From Pelagomonas calceolata (lineage: Eukaryota): a stretch of DNA of 64,000 nucleotides. The stretch covers positions 3,906,001 to 3,970,000 of the forward strand of contig CAKKNE010000004.1 of NCBI GenBank assembly GCA_918797485.1, in the 5' to 3' direction. The notes beneath the pieces are model-generated. The model saw only the letters and a program-made list of their open reading frames with translations, searched no databases and had not been told where the DNA came from. The position numbers were made by a program, and so were the translations under genes. Of the stretch, positions 49,675-60,250 are shown one piece after another; the stretch's first letter is position 1; every line of letters starts with the position of its first letter.

Positions 49675-51075
49675 ATGCGATTGAAGCCCGCCACCCTCTA
49701 CGCCCTGCTGCACACTGCAACCGCACTAGCCTTGCCGGCGACTCCCGGACGCCGCCGCAGCCTAGCAAGAAGACATGCCTCAACGATCGGCCCCGAAGCC
49801 CCAAGCAACGAGAAACCCGGGCCAAAGCCTCCACCGCTCGCGACGATCCCGCCGCCGACGCCGAGCACACCGCCGAGCCTGTCCGTGCCCCTGATCTGCG
49901 CCGTCTCGGCGCTGCAGAGCGCCTGCTTCGGCGTCATCGGCACGGCGCTGGCCCCCGCGCTCGCGGGCTCGGGCCTCGACCCTGTTAGAGTGGCCGTGGT
50001 ATTAGGCCGCATCGGCTCGACGAGCGCGCTACTGGAAGTAGTCCTGTCGGGGAGTCTGGGACGGTACAGCGACCGCGTGGGCCGGAAACCTTTATTACTG
50101 GCAGCACCGCTGGTCACCATCATCGCACGGTCATTGGTAGTGCTCAAGCCCGATGTCAGTGTGTTGGTCGCCGCACGCTTAGTGTCGTCCTTCGCCGTGC
50201 CGGTCTACTGGCTCGCTTTCCAAGCCTCGGTTGCCGATGTCTACGGCGGCGACGCGACGCGCTACGCGGTCCTAGGGTCGAGGATACAAGCCGCCATGGG
50301 TCTCGGCTACGCGGTCGCGTCGTTAGTGGGAGGGCGCCTCGCGGCGCGCGATGTTAGACTTGCCTACGGCGCCTCGGCCTTCTTAGGGTGTTGTGTCTTG
50401 GCATTGGTGTCTTCGGCGCCCGAGACGCGGCCCGCCTCGAAGATAACAACAACGGAGAAGCGGCCCCCGGCCTTTCAGCCCTTAGCCTTTAGAAGACTGT
50501 TTATGCGAGGGCCGCGGTTCGCCCGTTTAAATGCTGTGGTGCTCTTGCAGTCGCTGACCAATGGCATGGGCGACTTGTGGCAGGTCTTGGCGAGAGAATT
50601 GAGACAGTGGGGCGCGGCGCAATGTGGGAGGTTCGCCGCCGCGGCCGGCTGCGCGTCGACGCTCGGCACGCTGCTGACCGGCCCCTCCATCCGCCTCTTC
50701 GGCCCGCGCGGCCACACGGTGGCCACGACGGGCTGCGCGGCGGCGTCGAGCGCTCTACTCGGAAAAGCTACAACGGACGTCGCCGCCTACAGCGCACTAG
50801 GCCCCATGGCCCTCGGCGCGGGCCGGTCGCACGCGACCTCCGCCCGCATCGTGAACATCGGGACGTCGCTGGGCGTGCCGCAGGGCCAGCTGTCGGCCGA
50901 GCGCAACGCGCTCAACGCCCTCATCAAGGTCGTCGCGCCGACGTTGTATGCTACCCTCTTCACGTTCGGGTCGAAGCGGGGCGCGATCGGCCTGCCCTTC
51001 TTCGTGACCTCGGCCTTGCTGGCGTCGTCGGCGTTATTAGCCGCGACGATCTCGTACGAGGAGGAGAAAGACTAA
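49675..51075 (+). CDS. MFS transporter (TetA/DHA1-like)
   Basis: Motif A GRYSDRVGRKP; about 12 hydrophobic segments; signal-like N-terminus. Confidence 0.88.
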   Translation: MRLKPATLYALLHTATALALPATPGRRRSLARRHASTIGPEAPSNEKPGPKPPPLATIPPPTPSTPPSLSVPLICAVSALQSACFGVIGTALAPALAGSGLDPVRVAVVLGRIGSTSALLEVVLSGSLGRYSDRVGRKPLLLAAPLVTIIARSLVVLKPDVSVLVAARLVSSFAVPVYWLAFQASVADVYGGDATRYAVLGSRIQAAMGLGYAVASLVGGRLAARDVRLAYGASAFLGCCVLALVSSAPETRPASKITTTEKRPPAFQPLAFRRLFMRGPRFARLNAVVLLQSLTNGMGDLWQVLARELRQWGAAQCGRFAAAAGCASTLGTLLTGPSIRLFGPRGHTVATTGCAAASSALLGKATTDVAAYSALGPMALGAGRSHATSARIVNIGTSLGVPQGQLSAERNALNALIKVVAPTLYATLFTFGSKRGAIGLPFFVTSALLASSALLAATISYEEEKD

Positions 51076-51210
51076 CTATGTTGTGCTGTGCTTACCGCCC
51101 GCACGCCGTCGCGGCGATGGCGTCGAGGGATTGTGTTGTGTAAGGTACTAGTACTTATCACATGCCCGTCCGCGCACCAACGCCTCGATGAGCGCGTGGC
51201 AGAAGGGGAT

Positions 51211-52065
51211 CTAGCTCCTCTTCTTCCCCGTCTCCGAGTGGCTCACGCGCAATTCCCGACCGCGCCACCGCGTGCCTGCTAAAGCCAACGCATTTGATAA
51301 CGACGACTCGTCCGCGAGTTCGGCGTGGACGAAGCCGCGGAACTGGCCCGTCTCGGCGTCCGTGTGGTAGCGCATCGACGACACAGCACATCCGGCATCA
51401 GCGAGCATCGCCTCCACTTCTTCTTTGGAAGCGGCCCAGGGCATGTTGCCCACGTAGACGGTGAGCGAGCCCGCGACGCGCGGCGGCGGCGGCCGCCGCG
51501 GTTTGTTGCCCGTGCGATCCCTCCGGATCTTCATCGTCCGCCCGTCGCCCTTGAACGATTCCCCATCCAACGTCAAGGCTCTATCGAGGGAGTCCGGCTC
51601 GACAAAAGTGACGTACGCAATGCCGCAGCACCGCTCGGGATTGTCCTCAAAACACTGAATCTCGACCTTCTCCAGATCGCCGCACAGCGTCGAGAAGTAG
51701 TTTGATACCGACTCTTCGGTGGCGTCGAAGGGCAGGCCGCCGACGTAGGCGCGCCTCGCGGGCGGCGCGTCCGTGTCGGCCGGTACCGCCGGCGCGGGCT
51801 CTGTCTTCGCCTTCTTCGCTTTCTTATCCTTCTTGCGCTTCTTCTCGGGCGGCGGCGCGCCCGTGAGCGCTGCGGTCTCCGCGTCGACGGCCTCCAACTC
51901 CGCGCGCAGCTTCGCGGCCTCGTCGTCCGCGGTGGATTTGCGCTTGTTCTTCTCCTTCTTCTTGCGCTTGTCCTTCTTCGGCTTCTTCTCGAGGGATGCG
52001 GTCTCCTGCTGCAGAGCTGCCAGCTCCGCTTTGAGGCGCGCGACCTCGTCGGCTTGGCTGCTCAT
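51211..52065 (-). CDS. Two-RRM RNA-binding protein, nucleolar-type
   Basis: AYVGGLPF/GIAYVTF and VYVGNMPW/RGFVHAEL RNP motifs; Lys-rich N-terminus. Confidence 0.88.
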   Translation of the reverse strand: MSSQADEVARLKAELAALQQETASLEKKPKKDKRKKKEKNKRKSTADDEAAKLRAELEAVDAETAALTGAPPPEKKRKKDKKAKKAKTEPAPAVPADTDAPPARRAYVGGLPFDATEESVSNYFSTLCGDLEKVEIQCFEDNPERCCGIAYVTFVEPDSLDRALTLDGESFKGDGRTMKIRRDRTGNKPRRPPPPRVAGSLTVYVGNMPWAASKEEVEAMLADAGCAVSSMRYHTDAETGQFRGFVHAELADESSLSNALALAGTRWRGRELRVSHSETGKKRS

Positions 52066-52267
52066 CGTCTTATAGTTGTGGTGCGACCCACCACGCGTCG
52101 TATTGTGACCGGTGCGGCTGTTAGTGATGAACACCGAGCGCTTGACTGCCTCCCTCGCCGGCAAGAGCTGCAGCATGCAGGCTCAGTGCAACGCTAGCGA
52201 ACGCGTCCAAGCCGGCATGAACCGGTGTAATTCGTTGACTGCGTAACGCAAACGACTCGCCGGTGCA

Positions 52268-53113
52268 ATGCTTTGGCTCGCGACGCTCGCGGCAACACCC
52301 TTAATCTCAGAGCATCGCTTCGGGCAGCTCTGCCGCGCGGCTGTCGCGTGTAAGCGGCCAGTCGAACTCCGTGGCCGACGCGTCGCGCTCACCGAGGCGC
52401 TCCGCGTGCAACGGCAGGATGAGCTCACCATCTGCGGACCCGGTTGCATCGACGGCAGCGGTCACAGCGTCGTCCAGGTCGAGGGAACCGGTCCGGGTCT
52501 AAAGCTCATCGATCTGGACCTGCACCATATATCTGCACCTGATCGCGCCGAGAAGCGCTCGCTTGGCGCCTGCATATTCGCCAGAGGCCGCGGCGCGATC
52601 CGTCTCGAGCGCTGCCGCGTGACGAGCGAGGCCGGCTTCGGGCTCTGGCTGGTGCAGCGGTCGCGAGCGGTACTGAAAGAGTGCGAGGTCGTCGACCCGG
52701 GCCGGACGGCGGTCGCCGTGTTTAATGTTGCCAAGGTCGACGTTTCGTCGTCAACGATAACGGGCGGAGACCCCCACGGCGTCTGCGCGCGGGGCGAGGC
52801 GTACGTGGCGATACGCGACTCGCGCGTCGTCGGCGCCGCAGACCGGGCCTGCTACGCGTACATGTCCGCGCGATTGGACCTGGCGCGAACGGAGGTCTCC
52901 GCAAACGACGCGACAGCCGCGGCCATCCAGGTCGAGGCGCTGCGGCCCGGCGACGCGGCGAGGCTCGTGCTCGACGACGTGGTCGTCTCCGAAGCAACGC
53001 GCGGCCGTGGCGTCTCCGTCGCCGGCAAGGTCGCGGTGACGCTTGAGGGCGTGAACGAGCTCCGCGGGCCGATCGACTCCGCGCCGGCCGTGTTAAGGGA
53101 ACTGTACTTGTAA
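52268..53113 (+). CDS. Right-handed beta-helix (pectin-lyase-like) protein
   Basis: Roughly 23-aa periodic repeats (LERCRV, LKECEV, IRDSRV). Confidence 0.7.
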   Translation: MLWLATLAATPLISEHRFGQLCRAAVACKRPVELRGRRVALTEALRVQRQDELTICGPGCIDGSGHSVVQVEGTGPGLKLIDLDLHHISAPDRAEKRSLGACIFARGRGAIRLERCRVTSEAGFGLWLVQRSRAVLKECEVVDPGRTAVAVFNVAKVDVSSSTITGGDPHGVCARGEAYVAIRDSRVVGAADRACYAYMSARLDLARTEVSANDATAAAIQVEALRPGDAARLVLDDVVVSEATRGRGVSVAGKVAVTLEGVNELRGPIDSAPAVLRELYL

Positions 53114-53115
53114 AC

Positions 53116-54240
53116 TTATTGGTTGAGTTTCTTGACCGCGTGCGCAGTCGCTGCGCGGTCGAAGTCCTTCATGTGTTGCGAAATGAAGGGGTTCGGGGCG
53201 CCTTCCGGAAGAGTCGCGAACGTGTGGTTCACGTCGCGATGGTGACTCTCGTCCGCGAGCATGTGCTGGAGGCAGTCGACCCACTTCGCGTCGTCGTGGA
53301 GCTTCCAATACGCTTTCGCGATGCCCGGCGCGGCGAGGCCGTCCCACTCGTCGTGGAGTTTCGTGCCCGGCGTCGTCGTCTTTTCGACCAGGTTATCGTA
53401 GGTCTGGACGGCGGTCTCCTCCAAATAACCGACGAAGCGGTGCATCGAACCCGGATGAACCGCGTAGGTGAGTGCGAGGAACGGCGTCATGCCAAATTGA
53501 GCGGCCACGCAGAGCGCCCTAGTTACCGGACTTGCTTCGAACATCTTGAGGCAGACAAGGAGATGCATCCTCTCGTTTTCAGCCTCTTCAAGAAAAGTGT
53601 ATATGGCTCCATGATCGCGCTTCAGTGTACGTAGAGAATAGAAGTGGCGGAAGCCCGCAGCGACAAAGCCAGGGACGCCCGCAAACGACTCGAGGATTAT
53701 CAAACGCCATGCGACGGACCGCGGCGACGGGTCCACGGGATCGTAACCAGTGACGAAGTTGAATCCGTGATACAAGACGTTCATCACGCCCTTCATAAAG
53801 TGATCACTCATCGTCACGGGCTCGTGCTTTTCGATGCTGACCCGGTCGAGCTCGTCGTTGGACCAGATGTGGTTCGTCTGGCGCCACGCGTGGTCCGCGG
53901 CTTCGACTTCGGTGAATTCCGGCTGCTCCGGCTGCGCGATCGTCTGCGCCCGCGTCGGCGCGATCGACGCGTAGCCGTCGGCGACGGCCGTCTCGGTGAA
54001 ATCGTTCTGTGCGTTCGGTTTCTTCGTGCTTCCGTGCAAGAGGGCGTCTAGGCTTTCCGCGGCGTGCAGCCCGGGGCCTACTTTCGAGCTGTCGTCGCGC
54101 GACAGCACCGCTGGATCGATGAGGGCTGCAGTGCTGCGGACGGTCTGAGAGCTGCCGTGGCGCAGAAATCTTGCCAGCGGCGCGGCCCGAGGCCGCACCA
54201 GGGTTCGCGCGGAGGTCGTAGCAATGCGTGATAATAGCAT
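53116..54240 (-). CDS. AOX: Mitochondrial alternative oxidase
   Basis: LESFAGVPG, LEEAENERMHL, HRFVGYLEE.AV.TY, ADESHHRDVNH; Arg/Ser-rich presequence. Confidence 0.95.
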   Translation of the reverse strand: MLLSRIATTSARTLVRPRAAPLARFLRHGSSQTVRSTAALIDPAVLSRDDSSKVGPGLHAAESLDALLHGSTKKPNAQNDFTETAVADGYASIAPTRAQTIAQPEQPEFTEVEAADHAWRQTNHIWSNDELDRVSIEKHEPVTMSDHFMKGVMNVLYHGFNFVTGYDPVDPSPRSVAWRLIILESFAGVPGFVAAGFRHFYSLRTLKRDHGAIYTFLEEAENERMHLLVCLKMFEASPVTRALCVAAQFGMTPFLALTYAVHPGSMHRFVGYLEETAVQTYDNLVEKTTTPGTKLHDEWDGLAAPGIAKAYWKLHDDAKWVDCLQHMLADESHHRDVNHTFATLPEGAPNPFISQHMKDFDRAATAHAVKKLNQ

Positions 54241-54386
54241 GAGTCGGTCGGTGTTGAATTTGTGCTGCTGACAGGTGCCAACGGAGAAGCTTCCAAACTC
54301 GAGCTCGATCGAGCACCCAATTGCAAAAAAGAATCACAAAAACGAATCACCCGCGAGAGAGAGACTAGCAAAAGAAGTTAGCCACC

Positions 54387-55763
54387 TCAGAAGTCATCCG
54401 AGGCCGACCCCGAGAAGTCCCGCGACGACGCGCCGTCGTCCGATAGCGAATCCCCGGAATCGTCGTCGTCGAGCTCGTCGATGCCCGAGCCCGCGCCCGA
54501 CGACGCCGCCAAGGACACGCTATCGGAGTCCGAGTCCCGCGAGATCTCATCACTATCGATGTCCTCGCTCGAATCCAGGTCGCGCGGCCTCTGCGACCGC
54601 TGGGAGGGCCGCGCCTGCGTCGGCCGCGGCTGGTCGTCCATCATTTTTTTGGACGCTTCGCTTCCGACCGGTTCCTGCTCGCCTCGCAAGATGCGCAACT
54701 CCTCCTCCCGCAATCTCTTCTGCATCCTCTTCAGGTTCCTATCGTGCTCGTCGACCTCCGCCTTGTCCGCGGCATGATACGTTTGTAATTCAGCTTGTAA
54801 ATAGTCCAGGTTCCTAAATCTCTCAAGATACACGGAGTACTGCTTCTGCAATTCGCCCTCCAACTTCTCGTACTCGTCCATGAACGCCGGCCGCACGTTC
54901 TGCAGACTCGAGAGTCTTTTCTCGTGGCGCTCCAACCTGTGTGGAAATCAAAATTTTACGGCGCGTGCTTTGAATCATCGCGACGTCCTCCACGCCATCG
55001 GCGCGACGCCTGCTCGATGGCGTGGCGATGCCAGTCCCTCAGCACCCGATGCACTGGTTGATTTCCACACAGGCTCCAACTCGTTCTTCTTCTTCTTGAT
55101 TTTCGCGTCGAGGGCACGTTCGTCGGCGGCGTACTCGTCGCAGGCCTTCTTTGCGCTCTCAATGTCCTCCTTGCACCGCTCTACTAAGGCATCGACACTT
55201 CTTCTCACATGAGCGTGTTCCCCGCCATCCAAATTAGAAGAAATAGTATCCAGAAACCGCAGAGCGGCCTGCCGATCCTGCTTCACGTCGTTCTCGTGGC
55301 CCAGTAAGTCATGCAACCTAGCGCCCCGATCGGTAATGTCCGCCGCTAACTGACGAGCCACGCGAATGTCCTTGGATTTCGTACCCAAGGAAGGCACGTC
55401 CGGTAACTCTTCCCCGGCCTTGTAGGCCTCCTGGGCCTCGCTAGCGGCATACAGTGTTTTTGCTACTTTGAGCAATTCCCGCACCGCGTGCCCGTCCGCC
55501 ATGTACAAGTTCTTCGTATTGAGCTTGATATTGGCTTTATTAAGCAAAGCCTCGGCCGTCTTCGTCAGGAAGTGGACCCTAGCCTCCTCCGTCTCGATGT
55601 TGTCGGACATAACTATATCGGGGTCGTAGCGCTGGACCATCCAGTACAAGGTCGACGCGACAAGGGGAAAGTTCGGCGAGCGGAAGTTCTCGACAGACAC
55701 TAACCGCTGGTAGCCGAGCGCGCGCATCATCTCCGCGAAGTTGCGCAGCTCGCGGTAGGACAT
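54387..55763 (-). CDS. CLUAP1: Intraflagellar transport protein IFT38 / clusterin-associated protein 1
   Basis: MSYRELRNFAEMMRALGY.RLVSVENFR.PNF; exons 55763-55081 and 54936-54387 restore ELERHEKRLSSLQNVRPAFMDEYEKLE. Confidence 0.95.
54937..55072 (-). mobile_element. Introner-type MITE forming intron 54937-55080
   Basis: Perfect 15-bp TIR CTGTGTGGAAATCAA/TTGATTTCCACACAG; perfect 8-bp TSD GCTCCAAC at 54929-54936 and 55073-55080. Confidence 0.95.
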
Positions 55764-56252
55764 GGTTGTTTAAGGTTGTGGGCAGCCCCTTATTACTTCT
55801 GGTCGAGGCGGCAGCCCTTTTTCGTAAATCCGAGGGTTCGGTGCGTGCGCCGCGCGGCGGCAGCCGGCCGGCGTCCTCGCGGTTCCTTCCACACGAGGGC
55901 GGCGGGTGCAGCCAAAAACAAAACTCGACGCCGCACCGAAGTCCCAGGGACCGCTCGCAGCCGTGCCGAGGCGTCGGCGACTGGCGTCGAGGGGTGGGCG
56001 AGGTTTTTATTGCGAAGCTGCTTTTGCTAGTGTCTTTACGCGACGCTAGCTTTGATTTTGTTTGAGTTGCGCCGGGTTAATTCCACTAATTCCAGCCGCT
56101 GGTGCGGCGGTTACGGCTGGCGTTTTGCTCATCTACAGACTGCGTCGCATCGTGCCAACTTTCAGAACTGCAGGCGCCGAGCAGCGCTCAAACACCGCAG
56201 CTGCCAATACTGCTCTCAAACGGCGTTTCGCATAGAAAGGAGCCAAAACAAA

Positions 56253-59200
56253 ATGCCCCGCCCGCGGCCGCCCGTCGACGCCGAGGGCTACAGCCGCGCC
56301 GTCTTCCACAAGCGCGCGAACTACGACGGCTGGGCGCGGCCCGAGGTCGTCGATCCGACGGGCACGCAGCACCCGCACAAGTACGTGGTGAGGTTCGCCT
56401 ATTATAAGAGTGACGGCGCCGAGCCGGGCTGGCACGTGAGCTGGAACGATAATAGCGAGTGCTGGATGGACGATCATGAAGTGGAGGACGATCATGAGGC
56501 GATGCGGGTCTTCGCGGAACGCGCCGTCGACGGCGCCATGGCCGCGCAGGCCGCGAGACAGGCGAAGTACGCCGAGGAAGCTCTATTGCGAGCGAGACTC
56601 GCGAAGCGCCTCAAGAACAAGGAGGCCGCGCAAGCCAAAACCGCCGCGGAGCTCGAGGCCGAAAAAGAGAGGAGGAAGGCCGAGGAGGAGGCGGCGCGGT
56701 CCGGCATCCCCATCTTATATGATGAGGACGACCTGCAAGAACTAAGTTCATCGGCGGCCGCACCGATCGACGGCGAGAAGTTCGCGCAGCAGAAGAGTGC
56801 GCTGCTGGACAAGGTTGAAATTACGAATCACGGCGTCGTCCACGGTTACGGCGTGAAGGCGAGGGTACCTCTAGAACAAGGTACCGTACTGTTAGATCCA
56901 ACAGCATTGATGCATTCGGGGGACCCGCTGGAGGTCGTGGGCGGGCCCGACTTCAGTGAAGCGTACATATCCACGGGCAACGGGTCTTATTTCAGAATCC
57001 ACTGGTTCTCCGGGGATACCATATTCCGTTCAGCAGCGACGTTCTGGATCAACGAAGCTCGCGACTGCGAGCCGAACGTCGAGTACAAGTCGACGTATGA
57101 TGGTAGGATGCTGTCGGCGTGGCGCGTCATCAGGGACATAAAACCGGGCGACGAGTTGTTGGTGGTGTATAGTCACGCGGCGAACGAGGCCGAGGCGCGA
57201 GCGCCTTCCTCGGAGGGCTGGCAAGATAACGGCAAGTACGTGGGGATGTATTTGAGGAGAGATGTGGAAGGAAAGAAGGCCACGGCTCGAGTCGTCGCTT
57301 ACTTACCGTCCACGGCTTCCGATCCGTATATTGTTGATGGTACTCCGAGGGAATTGTGGCGCGTGCAGTACCTCGACAGCCAACTCAAGGGCGACACGCA
57401 GGACCTGGAGGAAGAGGAGCTCGAGTGCTCGGAGCCGTCGTGGACCGCGCCGTCTTTTGGAAAGGCGAAGAAGCCCCCGCCGCCAAAGAAGGAGAAGGTG
57501 ACGGGCGTCGTCGCCGCGGGGACGAAGGTGCGCGTCACGGACCCGCGCTACGCCGGGGAGACGGGCGTCGTAGCAGGCTACCGCGAGTCGAGCGGCTGGC
57601 ACGTCGTGCACCTCGATGCTGATGGAGGCGCCGCCCCGAAGTTCGTGCGACTCAAGCACCTGCAGCGGGCCGACGGCGCGCCGCTCGTTTTAGATGATGT
57701 CGCCGACGCCGCGGCGCCCGCCTCGCCGCGCGTCAAGGCGGCGGCGTCGAGGCCGAACGTCGGCGCCTTCGCGAACCCCGCGAGCGTCGAGGAGGCGCGG
57801 AGATTGGCCGCGGATCCGGGAGAGACCGCGATCCGGGAGGCGTACGCGCGCGAGCAGGCCGCCGCGATCGGCGGTTCCGCGCCGCCGCCAGGACCAGCGA
57901 GGAAGAAGCCCGCCGCGCGAAAGCCGGCCGCGAAGGGCGCGCCGCCCGCGCGGACGCAGCCGAAGCGCGCGCCGCCGCCGGCCCCGGCGCCGGCCGCGAA
58001 GCGCGTTGCGAAACGGCCCGCGAAAGTTCAGAGCGCCATCAGCGACAAAGCCGAGCTCGAGCGGCGCATGGCGCGCGACGGCTGGACGATGAAGCGCAAG
58101 GTCACTCATCTCGGTCCGATTACGGGCACCCCGAAGTACTATAAGCCGGGCGACGACCAGGCCTACGCGGGGCTGACGGCCGTCGCGCGCGCTTATTACC
58201 CGGACCTCGTCGCCGCCGTGGCGCCTCGCTCGGCGCCCGCGGCCGCGCCGCGCAAACCGCGCAAGGCGGCGGTGAAGCTGCGGGTCTTGGACCACGTCGC
58301 CGCGCCGTACATGGGGCGAGGGCGGTACGCTGGCATCGTCGTCGCTGTCGGCCGCGGGACCGTCGACGTGCACTTCCTGGACGGCGACTTCGCCGCCGGC
58401 GTCGATGCAGCGGCGGTATCGTTATATACCGGTCGGCGCCTGCGCGTCGGCGCGGGCCCGGCGCTCGCCAAGGGCCAGAAAATCGCGACGCTCAAAGAGC
58501 CGACGGTGCCGCTCGTCGTCGTGGCGTTCGACGACGCCTACGCCGTCGTCAGCGGTCCCGGTGGCAACCGCGCGTACCAGCGGGACGTGCTGTGCGCGTT
58601 CGACGACCGCGGCGACGATTCGTCTGACGACGAGGCGCCGGCCGCGCCGCCACTCGACGCCGACGCGCCGGCCGCGCCGATGGACGTCGATGATGACGAT
58701 GCGCCCGCCGCGCCGCCGCCCCTCGATGATGATGACAACGACGACGACGACGACGACGCAGTGACGCCACTCCTCGCGGTCGACGAGACGGTCCTGGTGG
58801 GCAGCAACAAGCACGTGGCCAAGGTCGAGCGCGCGACGAAGCCCGGCGAGGACGTCGTGCTCGTGCGCTGGCAGAGCACGGGCCACCGCGAGGAGATCGA
58901 TTTGTCAGAAGTGGAGCGGCTCGACCTCACCGCGGGACGCTCGTCGCGCCGGTCGACGGCGGCGGCGCGCGAAAGCGCCGCGCCGGAGGCGGCGCCGCCG
59001 CCCGCCGCCGCGCCGGAAGCGCCAGCGGCGCCGCCTGCCGTTGAGCCCAGAAAGAAGAGTCGCTTCACTGGCGTGAAATGGGGTCCCACTGCAAATGGGG
59101 GGAAGTGGTGGGCAAGGATCAGAGTGCGAGGGCACGAAATACCCCTCGGCGACTTCGACGTCGAGGAGGTCGCTGCGCGGGCCTACGACGCCGCCCGGGT

Positions 59201-59588
59201 GAAATATAGGGACGAAGAGACGCTCAATTTCCCCGGGGAAGCGCCGCTCGCCTCGATGCTGGCCGCACTGCCGGAGATCGACGATGACGGTCGTGTCGCT
59301 GTCACCGCTGCGACGGAGCCGCGGCGGACGTCGCCGCGCACGTCGCCGCGATCCTCGCCGCGGCCGAAGACGTCGTCGCCGCCGCGGACGTGCTTCGGCA
59401 TGGAGCGTCCGCCGGCGACGGTACAGGACGTCTCCGCGAGCAAGCGGCCCTGCCTGAACCCGGCGTCGAAGCGGCCCTACGAGCGGCCCAGCCTGACGGA
59501 GGTGAACAGTGCTGATCCCGAGGACGACGCCGAGCTCATCTGTCGCCCGAAGAAGTCGCCGGCGAAGCGGCAGCGCGTGACGCCCTAA
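56253..59588 (+). CDS. Large SET-domain / AP2-domain protein
   Basis: GYGVKA...FWINEA...PNV...RDIKPGDELLVVY (SET); SRFTGV...WWARI...LGDFDVEEVAARAYD.......LNFP (AP2). Confidence 0.85.
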   Translation: MPRPRPPVDAEGYSRAVFHKRANYDGWARPEVVDPTGTQHPHKYVVRFAYYKSDGAEPGWHVSWNDNSECWMDDHEVEDDHEAMRVFAERAVDGAMAAQAARQAKYAEEALLRARLAKRLKNKEAAQAKTAAELEAEKERRKAEEEAARSGIPILYDEDDLQELSSSAAAPIDGEKFAQQKSALLDKVEITNHGVVHGYGVKARVPLEQGTVLLDPTALMHSGDPLEVVGGPDFSEAYISTGNGSYFRIHWFSGDTIFRSAATFWINEARDCEPNVEYKSTYDGRMLSAWRVIRDIKPGDELLVVYSHAANEAEARAPSSEGWQDNGKYVGMYLRRDVEGKKATARVVAYLPSTASDPYIVDGTPRELWRVQYLDSQLKGDTQDLEEEELECSEPSWTAPSFGKAKKPPPPKKEKVTGVVAAGTKVRVTDPRYAGETGVVAGYRESSGWHVVHLDADGGAAPKFVRLKHLQRADGAPLVLDDVADAAAPASPRVKAAASRPNVGAFANPASVEEARRLAADPGETAIREAYAREQAAAIGGSAPPPGPARKKPAARKPAAKGAPPARTQPKRAPPPAPAPAAKRVAKRPAKVQSAISDKAELERRMARDGWTMKRKVTHLGPITGTPKYYKPGDDQAYAGLTAVARAYYPDLVAAVAPRSAPAAAPRKPRKAAVKLRVLDHVAAPYMGRGRYAGIVVAVGRGTVDVHFLDGDFAAGVDAAAVSLYTGRRLRVGAGPALAKGQKIATLKEPTVPLVVVAFDDAYAVVSGPGGNRAYQRDVLCAFDDRGDDSSDDEAPAAPPLDADAPAAPMDVDDDDAPAAPPPLDDDDNDDDDDDAVTPLLAVDETVLVGSNKHVAKVERATKPGEDVVLVRWQSTGHREEIDLSEVERLDLTAGRSSRRSTAAARESAAPEAAPPPAAAPEAPAAPPAVEPRKKSRFTGVKWGPTANGGKWWARIRVRGHEIPLGDFDVEEVAARAYDAARVKYRDEETLNFPGEAPLASMLAALPEIDDDGRVAVTAATEPRRTSPRTSPRSSPRPKTSSPPRTCFGMERPPATVQDVSASKRPCLNPASKRPYERPSLTEVNSADPEDDAELICRPKKSPAKRQRVTP

Positions 59589-59590
59589 AA

Positions 59591-60250
59591 TTAACTTAAG
59601 TATATCTCAGCGAAGCGGCTCGACTGGATCGCCTGAACGCGACGGCGGTAGAGCGACGTGAGGTTGGTGAGAGTTGGGGAGACGGGCATGGGCGTCCAGG
59701 CCGGCGCCGTCGCCCCGTACGTCGTGCCGTAGCTTGAGGCCCAGGCCGACACGCGCGGCGCGCGGTACTCGTAGGCGGGGTGCCGGAAGAAGGGCCCTGG
59801 CGCCGCGCGCGGCGGCGGCGGCGAACGTTTTGATGGAGGCGGTCGCCGCGCCTCCGGCGCCGCAACGCCTTCCGTCGGCTCCTTGAGCGGCGAGAGCGTC
59901 GCGAGCGAGTCGAGCGGACTCTGCGGCGGCCTTTGAGCCTGGGGCGTCGCGACGGGCCCCTCCGTCGCGTCCAGCGCCGCCGCGAAGCGCGTCTTGGATG
60001 GAGGCCGCGGCGTCGGGTCGAGGCCGTAGCCCGGGGTGATGGGGCTCATGGAGATGAGGTCGTCGTCGCGCTGCCGGCTCTGCTGCGGTGTTGCGAAGAA
60101 CTCCTTGCTCCGGCCGGGCATGGGCGTCCGCAGGGGCGAGCCGGGCTCCGGCGAGGCGGGCTCCGGGCTCACGCGCGTCGTCTTGAACTCGACGGTGGCG
60201 TCGGCGGAGAAGGTGAGCGTGGTCTGGGAGGCCGTGGTGGCGAGCGCCAT
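59591..60250 (-). CDS. Hypothetical Pro/Ser/Thr-rich protein
   Basis: ATG in ACAATGG context, many SP/TP dipeptides. Confidence 0.55.
   Translation of the reverse strand: MALATTASQTTLTFSADATVEFKTTRVSPEPASPEPGSPLRTPMPGRSKEFFATPQQSRQRDDDLISMSPITPGYGLDPTPRPPSKTRFAAALDATEGPVATPQAQRPPQSPLDSLATLSPLKEPTEGVAAPEARRPPPSKRSPPPPRAAPGPFFRHPAYEYRAPRVSAWASSYGTTYGATAPAWTPMPVSPTLTNLTSLYRRRVQAIQSSRFAEIYLS

Noticed and set aside
54387..55763. CLUAP1 as a disrupted pseudogene
   Set aside because: The interruption is removed precisely by GT-AG splicing
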